NCBI GenBank assembly: GCA_965153285.1
Contig: OZ229112.1
Origin: Podarcis tiliguerta
Lineage: Eukaryota
Reading direction: 5' to 3' (one strand)
Length of the DNA: 64,000 nt
Of this stretch, positions 12,201-26,300 are shown in pieces. A model generated the notes under the pieces. The model saw nothing but the letters and a program-made list of their open reading frames with translations, was not told the origin of the DNA and made no database searches. How positions within the stretch are numbered: the stretch's first letter is position 1; each line of letters opens with the position of its first letter. The position numbers and the translations under genes are program-made.

Positions 12201-15200
12201 CCAAGGTGGTTTGTTTTTAGGGTGGAGAATGTATGTTCACAGCCTCACTTGAGAATAGGATCTGTTTCCACCCTGCAAATACTAAGGGTGGAGACAATTC
12301 TTAGAAAGAAGACAGGTGCTATAATTTTGCAAGCAAGGTTTGTGAAAATGATTAAAAGTGCATGTATGCTTTTAGGCAATATTCTCCAAGTCCAAGGTTT
12401 TAGAGGGGTTGGTCTGTAAATCCAGGAGTTCTCTGTTCCTTACAGTATCCAAGAATTGGATGGTGTGTTTTTTATAGAGTTTGTAAGAATGTGGTCATCT
12501 GCGTGGAAATGTCATGCGGCAGGTTAATCAAGCTTGTGGTTGTGGTGGAGTACGACTTACAATTTCTAGAACGGGTGCAAAGGTTATGTCCCTAACAATG
12601 CTGCCTATGGCTTAGACCCTAGTATTTTACTTGAAGATATGAAAAAGGAACTCCACAACCCTGTCATGATATAATTTTATCCAGCTACCACCTTGCAGTT
12701 AAAGACATCTACCTCTTGATAGCCAAGTTATAATACCATTTAAAAGCCACCAGCAAATCTCCTATCACTCCTTTTCTCCAGCCTCCAAACCTACAAAATG
12801 CTATCAGTCCTTTGTTACATTATTGTGACTCCAACCATTGCATCAGCTGTAGTTATCTTAGGGCAAATGCCATAAGCAAAAACAGACTGTCTGGCGAACC
12901 TGTTCAGTAAAAAAGAATATTGCCTGCAAGTCTTTGCAATATGTCGTATGTTAGAAAGGTGTGTAGCAAGGCAACTACACATTTGTAACCATTTTTGAAA
13001 GCACTTCAGCCATAACAAAGAGAAAGCTTAATCAACCTTTTGGAAGGCATTTTAATGTAGAAAGTTGCAACCACTCGGAATGGGAAATTTTTCCAACAGA
13101 AAAGAAGTCTGATCTAGGGACACTTGAAGTCTTGCACTTTGCTGTAAATTATCTCGATTCACATCATTCTTTAAGACTATCACCTTATTTTCCAATGACT
13201 GACTTGAAATCTAGTGGTGTTAACTGATGAAAGCAAAAGCTAAAATGTTTAATATTTTAAGTGTCACAATCTTCACACACGCACACACAGCGCGCAATGG
13301 GTTAAGGAAGTGGCAGGTTATGGGTTTTTACACATGAACGTTGGTTTAGCTGTCTAAATATCATTGTCACCTTATTTTGCTACACACACTGGACGAAGCA
13401 TGCTGTTTTATGTATATATAAAAATGTGGATTGGTATCCAAAAAAACCCCAAGTATCTGGGAGGTATCTGACTGTCATACTCAGATTAGATCCATTGAAA
13501 CAATGGACTAACTTAAGTCTGCTGATCTTAATGAGTTTATTCTGAATATGATTTAGTTGATCATCACCGTGATAATGTGACTTTCACCTTGGGCTTATCT
13601 TACCATGTATGTTAATCCACAGATAAACATTGTAAAGCATGTCTGAATAAAGATAACTATTGTAAACTATTGTAACTATTATAATTTTCAGAATATGATA
13701 ATGGTACAAAATATTCCTTGTATATTATATAAAGTTTCTTCTCCAGTTAAATGCATGATTAAATTCAATTTGTATTTTTAACACAGGATGCAAAGCGATT
13801 AGAATCAGGTCTGCAGTTCCAGAATGAAGCTGAGATCGCAGGTTATCTACTTGAATGTGAGAATCTGCTGCGTCAACAAGTCTTGGATGCCCAGATTCTT
13901 ATTGATGGAAAATATTATCAGGCAGATCAGCTGGTCCAGAGGTTTGTGCATTTATGTTATGTAGAAATATGAGCTTATGTGAATATATGCTTAAGAATTT
14001 ATTCTCTAGCCCATGAAAGCCCCCTTTCTTTCTTTTTTTGATGCAGAGTAAGCTGTGTAGACAGATGACAATACTTAGTTGTAACAAGCTCTACCCTCAC
14101 CTGAGTTATATATTTTTCTTTTCTTTTACTAGTTTATTTTGGGGTTTTTTTTTCCCTTTTCAGAATTGAAAATTAATGAGATGATGCTATTATGCTATTG
14201 ATAAATTAAATAACATGTAAAAAGAAAGAAATCGGAGCATTCATCTTACTTCCTATCAGTAGCTATGCAAAAGCATAATGAAGGCTGCAGCTGGTAATAT
14301 CTGCAATTTTAACAGAAATACACTAAAAGTAAAAGGATGCCCACATACACCAGAAATTTCAGTCTCCCAGATGTAACTAAAATTGTCCTGAACTAGATAA
14401 CTTAAATGGCATGGCAACATGGCAAAACCTTTTTCCTCTGTAGATTGTGGCTTGGCTGCCTGGACGGCTTATTGGATTTTGCAAGCATCTCTGACATGTA
14501 GTGTATGTCTAAGCTTTATTTTCATTTTAGCTTAACTGTAGCTTGCCATGTTGTCCAACCTGAACTGCAGCTAAGCTTAAATCCAGCTAGTGGAAACAAG
14601 CCAATTTCAAACCACACATATTTTTCCCCTAACCATAGTTAAGATTAACCACAGTTTAGTCACACACTAAACTGCAGTTAATCCAAAACTGGAAGTGGAA
14701 GCTTCCAGTCTGCTATTCATGACCAAGCTGGAAAGAAGAGAGAAAAGGGAGAGTGCATAAGCCCAGGGGGAGACTAGCCTTGTTGTCGTGGAACAGCAGC
14801 CCATGGTTTAGCATTATGTTTCAATATAGCCATAGTATGCAACGTCTTAGTACACTAGCATGATCTCCTATATCCTATATCCTTGGCTATATTTATACAG
14901 TGCTGATGCTTTGAGATATTGCCAGTTGTTCTCCCCACACCCCACATTAATATCTATGCACATAAATGATTGTCAAACACAGGCATTTAAGTATCTGTCT
15001 CTTTAAAGTGGTGTAGTGGTTAAGAACAGTAGACTTGTAATCTGGTGAACCGGGTTCGCGTCTCCGCTCCTCCACATGCAGCTGCTGAGTGACCTTGGGC
15101 TAGTCACACTTCTCTGAAGTCTCTCGGCCCCACTCACCTCACAGAGTGTTTGTTGTGGGAGAGGAAGGGAAAGGAGAATGTTAGCCGCTTTGAGACTCCT

Positions 15201-17303
15201 TCGGGTAGTGATAAAGTGGGATATCAAATCTAAACTACTACTACTACTACTACTACTCCTCCTCCTCCTCCTCTTCTTCTTCTTCTTCTTCTTCTTCTTC
15301 TTCTTCTTCTTCTTCTTCTTCTTCCTGCTAATGCACAGAAAAACTTTTCCAAAGCTGAATTTTCTCTGAATTTGTCCCATTGAGCTCAATGTGATCGAGC
15401 AAGTTTTCACACTTCTTTGGTCCATCTGCTCCCACGGATACATTCATATGAAAAAATGTATTGTAGAAACTGCATTCCCCAAGATACAGCCCATGAGTTG
15501 AAGCGAGGCAGTTGCAGATCAGGTGGCAGATCTGGGGCCTGAGGAGTGCGCTGTGCCCCTACCTCCGCCACTGCCACGCCCCTATGGCTGGTGCGTGCTG
15601 CTGCAGTGGCTGTCTTTCCTGCTGCTGTTTGTTAAGGTTGCTGTGAAGTAGGTGCACTTAGAGCAAAGGGCCTAACTTGGCAACAATGGCAGCAGTGTAG
15701 GGCATGCCCAGCAGTGGGGTGTGTGACAGCAGTGTGGTATGCCCATGGAGGAAGAGGAGGGGGCATGGCATGCCCGTGGCAGAGGAGGTTGAGGGGCGGT
15801 GGTTGTTTGTTTGGGTTTTGGGTTTTTTTTGCCTCAAGCACCAATACCTCCTGGGTCAGCCCTGACCCCCACAGCTTCTCTGGGAAGAGTGTTGTTACTG
15901 TTATAGACTGAGCACTTTCCATCTTGATTGTGGAAATCACTACTGATTGAGGAGGATCCATAAAGAATCCAGTGCACAACAGATATTCTTTTTGTGCCAA
16001 GTTTACAGAGATGCTTGGGAAGCATCACACAGAGACAAAATGGATCCCTTCAATTTTCTCTTACCTTATAATAGTTGTGTTTGGGGCTACAGTTGTTACA
16101 ACAGTACTGTATATTACTTTAATCCTTACCTTCTATTCTTAAAGAGGAGGATGAGTTTGATCCTGTCTCTGCCTTTCCCAGAGGCATTACTTTTCATTAT
16201 GATGGCTTTATTATGCACAGACACATACTATTACTTGGCACATTACCATCTAACTCCATTTCACTTTAAAATTCCTAATATATCTACCAGTTTATCACCA
16301 AGGTTTACTGGAATGTGTGGATTGAACTCTTAATAAACAACCCCCTCCTTTTTTATTTTACACAAAATACAAGATAGTTTCATTATTTTTTGTTTTTGAA
16401 ATGATGGGAATTCATGAAAATCCCAAGACGATATCCAGATCTTTTCACTTCTGCAGTAAATGCTTTTCTGGTTTTTGAAACAGGGTTGCAAAACTGCGAG
16501 ATGACCTTATGGCCTTAAGAGCAGAGTGCTCCTCAATATACAGCAAGGGGAGGACCCTGACTACAGAACAGACCAAGATGATGATATCAGGAATAACACA
16601 AAGCTTAAACTCAGGATTTGCACCAAACTTCAGCCCCAGCTTAAACTCTGGACTGAGCCAGGGCTTATCACCCTCCTTGACATCATCGAGTCTAACATCA
16701 GGTTTATCATCGGGTCTTTCTTCAAGAATGACTCCAGCCATCACCCCAGCATACACCCCAGGTTTCCCACCACGGTTAATTCAAAGCTACATAACAGGAG
16801 TTGACACGGGTGCACTGCAAACACTCAAATTGATGCAGATCCGAAAACCTCTGATGAAATCGGCATTTATCGATCAGAATTTAACAGAGGAGGAAGTCAA
16901 CATGAAGTTTGTTCAGGATCTTCTCAGATGGGTAGATGAAATGCAGGTAACATCTTTACATGTACATTTTAAAAAAAAAAAAATCGGTCTGTGCCTGATC
17001 ATTTTCCTCACCCGCTTGAGGGCTCGACTTTAATTTTCAATTTCTGCTTTCAAGGTGCAACTTGATCGAGCTGAATGGGGTTCGGATTTGCCAAGCGTTG
17101 AAAGCCATTTAGAAAATCACAAGAATGTCCACAAAGCTATTGAAGAATTTGAGTCAAGCCTTAAAGAAGCAAAAATCAGTGAGGTACAGCTTTTTGGGGG
17201 AGGAGTGTTGTGGTTATATTAAGTGTGCAGGGATTTTGTATATTAAGCAGCATATAAAAATTAGGAATATACCCCACACATACACATGTGTGCAATGTGC
17301 TTC

Positions 17304-17348
<45 letters not shown>

Positions 17349-20300
17349 TTTCGTAGATTTTCACGGGTACAGGAATGCAGGTTTTGGTGTCCTCGGGTGT
17401 CTTCCCGTGTAAAAGTTGGGGTGTCTAGGCGACGTTTCGACGAGGTCTCACTCGTCATCTTCAGGCTGGTGCTTTCGGCTTCTTGTTCCAGTAACAAGAA
17501 GCCGAAAGCACCAGCCTGAAGATGACGAGTGAGACCTCGTCGAAACGTCGCCTAGACACCCCAACTTTTACACGGGAAGACACCCGAGGACACCAAAACC
17601 TGCATATATATATATATATATATATATTATTTGAACCAATTTGTTCTTTACAGATCCAGATGACTGCTCCCCTTAAACTCAGCTATGCAGACAAATTGCA
17701 CAAACTGGAGAGCCAATATGCAAAACTCTTGGTAAGATTGCAGTCCCACCTTTTATTTGGATGCCACTTTGATGACAAAAGGTTTAAAGTAAAAAATAAT
17801 AATATGGATTTCTTTTACTATCTTTTTCAAGAACACCTCAAGAAATCAGGAAAGACACCTTGATACCCTTCACAATTTTGTATCTCGTGCTACCAGAGAA
17901 CTCATATGGTTGAATGAGAAAGAAGAGGAGGAGGTTGCATATGACTGGAGTGAGAGAAATACAAATATAGCACGGAAAAAGGACTACCATGCAGTAAGCA
18001 TTGTTAAAATAGTCAAAAATAAGTATTGAATGTGACCTTTTTCTTTTTTTCTTTTTTTTCCTTTTTTTTTTTTTTTTTGCTCCTGGCTTCTAAAGCTAAT
18101 TGTCTTTTTATTTGGAAGGAACTGATGAGAGAACTTGATCAGAAGGAAGAAATTATCAAATCTGTTCAGGAAATAGCAGAACAATTGTTATTTGAAAACC
18201 ACCCTGCAAGGCTAACTATTGAGGTAGGTTGTTAAGCATAACTTAGGAATAGAAACAGAGTCTCTCAAGGCTCTTTTTATGGGCTGTTGAAACAGAATAT
18301 AGACTTGTTTTCTGGGTGCAGTCTGTAGTCCCCATGCTTCATTTCCAGAAAATGTTCAGTAAAATAAGACTATTTGATTTCACAGTCGGGCTCTACATAG
18401 ACATGTCATAAACCCACTGCCCAACTGTACAGCGGGGAGAGGGTTATTGGTTGGTTGGCTTTCCTCTTGTTTTTGATCATGTATTTTGTACTTTTATATC
18501 GAAGGGTGGTATACTGTGCAACATTAATAATAATAATAATACAGTGGTGCCCCGCAAGACGAATGCCTCGCAAGACGGAAAACCCGCTAGACGAAAGGGT
18601 TTTCCGTTTTGGAGGTGCTTCGCAGGACGAATTTCTCTATGGGCTTGCTTCGCAAGACGAAAATGTCTTGCGATTCCTGGGGTTTTTTCCCCGCTCCCCA
18701 CCCCCTTTTTCTAAGGCACTAAGCTGCTAATAGCCTTTTAGCAGCTAATCCGCTAATCCCTTAAGCCTTTAATAGCCGCTAATAGCTGCTAAACCGCTAA
18801 TAGCGCTAAACCGCTAATAGGGCTGCTTCGCAAGACGAAAAAACCGCTAGACAAAGAGACTCGCGGAATGGATTCTGTTCGTCTTGCGAGGCACCACTGT
18901 ACTGGAAAAATGAGAAATTGACAGAAACTGAAACAGACAGATTCATCAATCCCTACGTGCATTTGTTGCAGTGTATTGTAGTTCACAAAAGCTTATGTCA
19001 GAACAAATGTGTTTATCTTTAAAGTGCAACAGCATACACTTAATTTTGACATGACATGACAATGACATGAAATAAATGGGACCACAACAAAATGTAGCAT
19101 TTGTGGAGGGCTGCTATTCCAAGGGCTGGCCGGTCAGACATTCTTGCCAGTTCCACTGTCCAGCCAGCCTACCATACCCTGTTGCAAGATACTCCATTTC
19201 TTTCCATTCCTATCCTTCTCCTCCTTTGCCCCATCCCAGATTTCTGTTGTTAATGCTTTTGTCCATCAGATGCTCAGCCTTAGACACTTTACTGAGAGCT
19301 ATGTTACATCAGTTCCCATCAATATTCCAGTGAGGCTGAGTTTTGTAACCTGTGACAGGGCAGTGGTTCTGTGTTTTCATTTGACAGGGAACTTCTGGGC
19401 CTTTCTTACGTGCAAAGGTTTCATTGCTTCCATTTAAGGTGTGAAGTTGAGGCACTTGCTGTTGCTCATAAACTCCAGATATTGTTTGGACATTGAATTT
19501 ATTTCAGACTGGCACCATGTCGTGTGCCTACACTGTGTGACTTGATTCTAGTCCAAAATGCATCTAACGTCCAAACAACACCTGGAAATTTATGAGTGCT
19601 TCTGTTTTGGTTTTAAAATGCATGCTAACTGCCACAGGTGCCTTCAGACTTCCAAATGTGATCAAGCGGTTGTCAATTAGGAAACTAGGCTGTGTACAAA
19701 GCAGATAGTCATGCAGGGTTTGTGCTCTGAAGCAATAAGGCTTTTATGCAAGAAGATAAGCTCTATGATATTTCCAGGCTATTAAGCAGTACTGTTGGGG
19801 CTAATGTTGGAGGGGGTGTTTCTATGTAAATTAATACTAGATATATCCTATTGGTATCTCCTAAAAAGTTTGCATTTATAGACTAATTCAGACTGCATTC
19901 AGATGTCACAATGCACCATCATTTATCTAGAGAAGGAACTAGCTGGAACAAATCTTGGACCCACACACTTCCTCTTCCACCTCTGGTGCAGCTGTGAGGA
20001 GATTGGAAACTTTCTCTTTTGATTAACCACAATTTAATCTGAGCCCTAGACGGAAGTTAACTTTTAACTATGGTTTGATGAAATAAGGTAGCTTGATGAC
20101 TCCATGGTTTGTGCTCGACTTGTTTCAAACAAGCCATAGAAAAGGTTAGCTCCAGGTGGAACGACAAGCTGCAAGTAATCAAAAAAAGAAGCGAAAGCTT
20201 TCAGAAACCTTCTTGCAGGTGCAGCAGAGGAGGGGGGGAGCATGTGAGTCTGAGTCTTTACTGTGGCTTGTTTTCATAATGATAGAACAGATCAATTTCA

Positions 20301-23300
20301 CTATCTGTAGGGTATTTAGCAAATTGAGTTGAAATGCGTCTTCTAACAGAGAACAAGGCACCCACTGGTTTCCATGGGAGATGCTTGAGGAGAATTCTAA
20401 ATCTACAGTATTTAGAGCAGCCTCTGCTGGCCAACAATATTACTGTTCTACCATAGCAGGGATAGAGCAAATACTGCATTCAAGAAATTCAAGTTATAAA
20501 TGACAGTTATTTTAATAAGTAAATTGTTCAGAGAGTTTTATTGCTTTTTGTAGAGAACTTGATATTTTGAGAGGCTGGTGTGATTTCTTTTCCTACTGTT
20601 ATAACAAGTTGAAGGCATTTGAGTAGGAAAATTGGTCAGGGCAGGGGCTTCAATTCCTCAAATCTGCTCCCTTCCTCATTTGAATTGCTTCTGTTGCACA
20701 GCGAAACATGACTTGTTTCCTCTGCTTGTATCCCTAAGGCCTACCGAGCTGCAATGCAAACACAGTGGAGCTGGATTTTGCAGCTTTGCCAGTGTGTTGA
20801 ACAGCATCTGAGAGAAAACACTGCATATTTTGAGGTACGTAACACATGGGTATTATTGTAGAGCAACCACAGATTTAACTCTTAACAGCAGCAAGAAGAA
20901 AAAGATTTTTAAATGCTTTTTTATGCCAAATAATAGCATATTGACCCTGCAATAAATCTAAACCAGAATTTTCACATTTCACAGGACTTCCTATTTTACT
21001 GCTGCAGATGTCTGTAAAAAGTGCTGTGCTGTTTTTATTATGAGTTTTGTTGCATATTTTTTTCAGAGTGGATGTGAACTAAAGGGCTTAAGCTACTTTT
21101 TTTCACACCAATATTTTCATGTGGTTCAAATGGGCCAAGAAATTGAGTAACCTTTCCCACTTGATTTTAGAAGCAATTCTTATTTTGCTGCATGTTCTGA
21201 ATTCTCTATTCAAACAATACAAACCACACCACAATCATCAATGAGGAAAAACATCTGTGAGTGGCGGGAGAGGGACAGGAAGGGGAAGAAGAAACTTACC
21301 CAGGTTGCGCTGGAAAGAAAGTCCCTGTACAGGAATTATTATTTTTCCCAACTGCAAAGAAGTAATGCATATACAGATCATTAAAAGGGTGCCCAGTTAA
21401 CTTCATAAGTATCTAGGCATTGCAGAGTGTTGTAAGCAGCAAGTTTGAAGGCAGAGACAGTTGTTAACTTTGCAGCCCAGTGGGTAAAGAGGACTGGTGG
21501 TTTTATCCCCTTTGGTACTGGAGACCCTGGGGTGAACGGGCTCATTTAGTTTTCTAATTGATTTTAGAAACTTACGTCTCCTTTATCTAATAAGAAAGTA
21601 TACCACACTCTTGGATTATCAGCCTGGGCTTCAGACTGCTGTACTGACTACTCGCTTGAGGACAGAGCTTGCAATGGTGTGTTTTTTAAATCAAAAGGTG
21701 TTTTTTTCATTCTAGTTTTTCAATGACGCCAAAGAGGCCATAGATTACTTGAAGAATTTAAGAGATGCTGTTCATCGGAAATACAGCTGTGATAGGTCCA
21801 GCAGTATTCATAAACTGGAAGATCTGATCCAAGAGTCGATGGTGGGTATCATCCATACATACTCAGCTAAAGCCATTTGTGCTCTGCTAGCAGAGTGTTC
21901 TTTCTTAAGGGGAACTAATCTTATCACCATTGTTTTCACAATTCTAGCTTCAAAAATAATAATTCAAGAAGCTCATTATCTTAAACAATGTCAGTGAAAT
22001 ATATGGATGAGATGTTTCTCATAATTCCTGATGACCATTTTTGGCAGTATTCTGTACCTTTCTGTTTCCACCACTGAAGAAGAGCAGTAATTGCAGCCCT
22101 TGACTGATTTGGGGCTTTTGGACAACCTATAGACTGGCTTTTAGTGTCAACAGATTGCACAGTGGCCACAAGCCAGTAAACTGATTAGGACATGCCCAGA
22201 TATAGAAACTACCCTGTTCTTTTTTTTATTATTATTAGCCACTGGCTAACAGCCAGGGAACATCTTCAGCTTGCAGAGCATGAAGTTACATAAAATAAAA
22301 ATGTAATCCTCTTCACAAACAGAATCTTAGGGACATGAATTTTTACCACTGTTTTTCAATGTGATTAGTAAGCAGTGCACAGGAATTAAGCTCTGCCCCT
22401 CATAGCCCTTACTCTTGAAAATGGGACATAAATGGCTGCCCCCAACTATTTCGTGGTGAATTACACAAATGGACCATCGCCGTCTAGGGCCGTTGACCTA
22501 ATAAACAGTGGTGGTTAGAGAGTACTAATAGCACCATAGATACCATTCTGGTTTATGTGAACAATGTTTTGTAAGATACCACAAACAGCAGAAAATATAT
22601 TTTAAGTTTCAAAGAAGAACACATTTAATTTGCAGCTGCTTCTAATGTTTCCCCTCCTCTTGTTTCCTTTATAAATTGGCTTTTAGGAAGAGAAAGAACA
22701 GCTCCTGCAGTACAAGAACACAGTGGCTGGCCTTGTGGGGAGAGCAAAGACAATAGTTCAGCTGAAGCCGAGGAATCCAGATAATCCACTGAAAACATCC
22801 ATCCCAATCAAAGCCATCTGTGACTATAGACAAATTGAGGTTGGAACCTTAGATTTCTTCAAATCAATTATGGGCAGTTAATGAAGACAGTTAATGGCAT
22901 GTTCTTGGAATTCTCTTCCATATCAAATGAAACAAGTCCCTGCCTTCCCAACTGGGGCTTAAGTTGTTGGGTCCTGCCCCCCCCCCCAGCCCCCAATTTT
23001 GCTCCCCTGTCACTTTCCTAGTGGCACATGTTCAAGGGAGTGTGCTGTAAGAACAATATATGCATATTAGACTCATTCAGATTTTCTGATCTTTCTGCTG
23101 AAAACCAGATAACCATTTACAGAGATGATGAATGTGTACTGGCAAGCAACTCCCATCGGGCAAAATGGAAAGTGATTAGTCCAAGTGGTAATGAGGCCAT
23201 GGTTCCCTCCGTCTGTTTTACTGTTCCTCCACCCAACAAAGAAGCAATAGACACTGCAAACAGGTAAGTCCTGGCATAGCGTGCACACAACATGGAAATC

Positions 23301-26300
23301 CTTATTGATCTCATTTGCCTTCCAGGAGCTTTTCTATGCACAGCGTACAGGAAATTTATAACATGTACCCTTTTGACTGCCACTTGACAAATCATTAATT
23401 TACACTCGCTCATTTCCCCACCCCCTCTTTGTGCATTTCAGAATTGAACAGCAATATCAGAATGTCCTGGCCCTGTGGCATGAATCACATGTAAACATGA
23501 AGAGCGTGGTCTCCTGGCACTATTTGACAAATGAAATTGAAACTGTTCGAGCCAGTAATGTTGCTTCGGTAAGTTCTGTGCCTGTTCCAGCACTCATAAC
23601 AAAATATACCTAGCCTAATATTCCATGATTCGGAAGCAGTTACCTATATTGGCTAAAGCTGAGTGTAGCCACACACAGTTCCTGAATATTTGGTTCTGTA
23701 ACATGCCGTATTCCTGTGTTATATCTGTGCAACAACAGTTTGCTGCTTTCATCCAGAAGCTACAACCTCCCTTTTTATCATGATAGGCTAAGATTGTGGG
23801 AAGCTCCATGTTTTCCATAGTAGGCATCATTGCTGAAGGTATGTCAGTGTTGTATTGGTGTTTCTTATACTAAGCACTTAAAACGTGCATATGTCAATGT
23901 CTGTAAACACCCAGCGCATGTTGTCTGGTCTCATTGGAGTGTCCAGGACATTTATGCGGGTTTTTAACTTGTATGTATTTGAAAGTTGCTGTATGCATTT
24001 CATTGAAATGAGTCATCGCAATTGACTTTTCTTCTGGTTACTAAAGAGCAATTCCTCTACAGGCATCTTCCAATGTGCTGCCCTCACAGAGCAACATGTG
24101 TATCACCTTTTTGGAACATTAAAATACTTCCTTAAGAAACTGACAAAACAGTATGTGGTTTATAAAATGGCACCCAACATTAGAAAGACTTTAATTACCC
24201 CTCCTGATTTTTAATGTTTCCTAGATAAAGACACTCTTGCCAGGTGAACACCAGCAGGTTTTAAGCAACTTGCAGTCCCGCTTTGATGACTTCCTTGAAG
24301 ACAGCCAGGAGTCCAAAGCCTTTTCAGTTGCTGACATTGCTCAGCTGGAAAGGGAGGTGAATGTGTGCAAGCAGTACTACCAAGAGCTCCTGAAGTCTGC
24401 AGAGAGAGGTAAATATAGCACATCAACTGTGCAGAAGTCTCCCATAAAAGATGCTTATGGTATTGACTACCCTTTCAATGTTACATATGTGAACTGTACT
24501 GCTGTGGCTCTTTCACAGCGGTGCTCATTTCAGAAGCAGAGAGGCAAATAGATGCCAGTGGAAGGCGTGAGTTGGGAAAGTCCAAAGGCCCATTCTTTTT
24601 TACAGTGTCAAATGGAAAAAATGAGCTGCTTGCATGAGTATTTGTTATTTTTTCTACAGTTGCTGCTGCAGTGTTGTCAAAACAGACACACACTTTGGCA
24701 TGTATGCTTTTGGCATGAATATGTAGTAAAAAGGTAAAGGGACCCCTGACCATTAGGTCCAGTCGTGACTGACTCTGGGGTTGCGGTGCTCATCTCGCTT
24801 TATTGGCCAAGGGAGCCGGCATACAGCTTCCGGGTCATGACTAAGCCGCTTCTGGCAAACCAGAGCCGTGCACGGAAACACCATTTACCTTCCCGCCGGA
24901 GCGGTACCTATTTATCTACTTGCACTTTGACGTGCTTTCGAACTGCTAGGTTGGCAGGAGCAGGGACCGAGCAACGAAAGCTCACCCCGTCGCGGGGATT
25001 CAAACCGCCAACCTTCTGATCGGCAAGTCCTAGGCTCTGTGGTTTAACCCACAGCATGTAAGCAATTACATAGGTCTAACAGTGAGCACTCAGAGCCAGT
25101 TCAGACATTAAGATGTTGCTTTTCAAATAGCAGAAGAGGAAGTGCGATTTCTGTGTCCCGCGTCCCACATGGTATAGGTCAGCTGACTGTAACTCTCTAT
25201 ACTTGTTTTGTGTCTGTTTGAAATCAGTGAGCTGTCATTAACACAGATGCTCCTAAGAAAATCACTTAGGAAACGGGAAGGAAAAAGAAGAGCTGATCTC
25301 CCCATGACTCCCCTTCTGTTTGTTTTGTTATTCATAACACACAGAACTGATTCAGATATTGAAATGTTATATTGCAGATAAAAGAACTTGTGCCCCTGCA
25401 TAATTGCTGAAAATGTAATATGCATTTTACTGGCACACAATCTGAGATCTCAACTGGGTTCCTAAAATGAGCTGGTAATAATTTGTGAGAGTAAATAGAA
25501 CAATTATTTTGGCAGGTTGCACAATAAGAGGAAGAACATCTGTTACTGTTACACACAAATGTACAAGGAACATATTTTCCCTCTCAAAATAAAATACCAT
25601 CACTTACATTTGTTTACTTACTCTCCTTAAAAAATAAATAAATCTGCAAGTATGCCATAAATGCACCCTATATCCTTTGGAAAAACAGTAAGAGTATCTG
25701 TTTAAAAAAAGTCTTTGAAGTTCTTCCTTGCTGTTGTAAATATTCCATCTGCATTCTGAAAATATATGATATCACTGAGCTTTAAATGCTTCCATAAAGC
25801 TGAATAGATGTATTATATTATGCATTCAGGCTGATGCTGATATAGAAAGGGATGCAATAACAGATGAAAGCAGATTAAAGTAAATATATAAGTACGGAGC
25901 AGAGATATACTGTGCTCGACTGTGTATCTGGAGAAAATGATAAGGGACTCATTTCTATAGATTTAATACCATCTTATTATGAAATCATCTCTGGACGAAC
26001 CATAAACAATCCAATTAATCACTGTGCATACACAAATGGGATGATAATACCTATGACTAAAGTGATGTGCATATTAGTTTTGGGGGGGATGCCCATATTT
26101 AGACATGATGATGATGATGATACATGGCAAGCAAGAAGTTGATTTTGTGTCCTGCTGTTACGATGTTTGCATTTCTCCACTTGAGAAGAAGCTCAAGGTG
26201 ACCCCAATTTGTGAACTTCCACATCTCCCCTTGGGGAGAAAATCTATTTGAAATGGGGGGGGTGGGGGTTGCTAGATTTGTTTATGCTTGTTATTTCAAA

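Noticed and set aside
15003-15443. ORFs with poly-K/R/S and poly-L/F runs
   Set aside because: Translations of the SINE trinucleotide tail.
17261-17863. Identical peptide [28 protein letters not shown] in ORFs on both strands
   Set aside because: A by-product of the DNA palindrome, not a duplicated gene.
18542-18899. CRISPR-like repeat/spacer pattern
   Set aside because: Irregular spacing, TIRs and a TA TSD in a vertebrate intron; it is a MITE.
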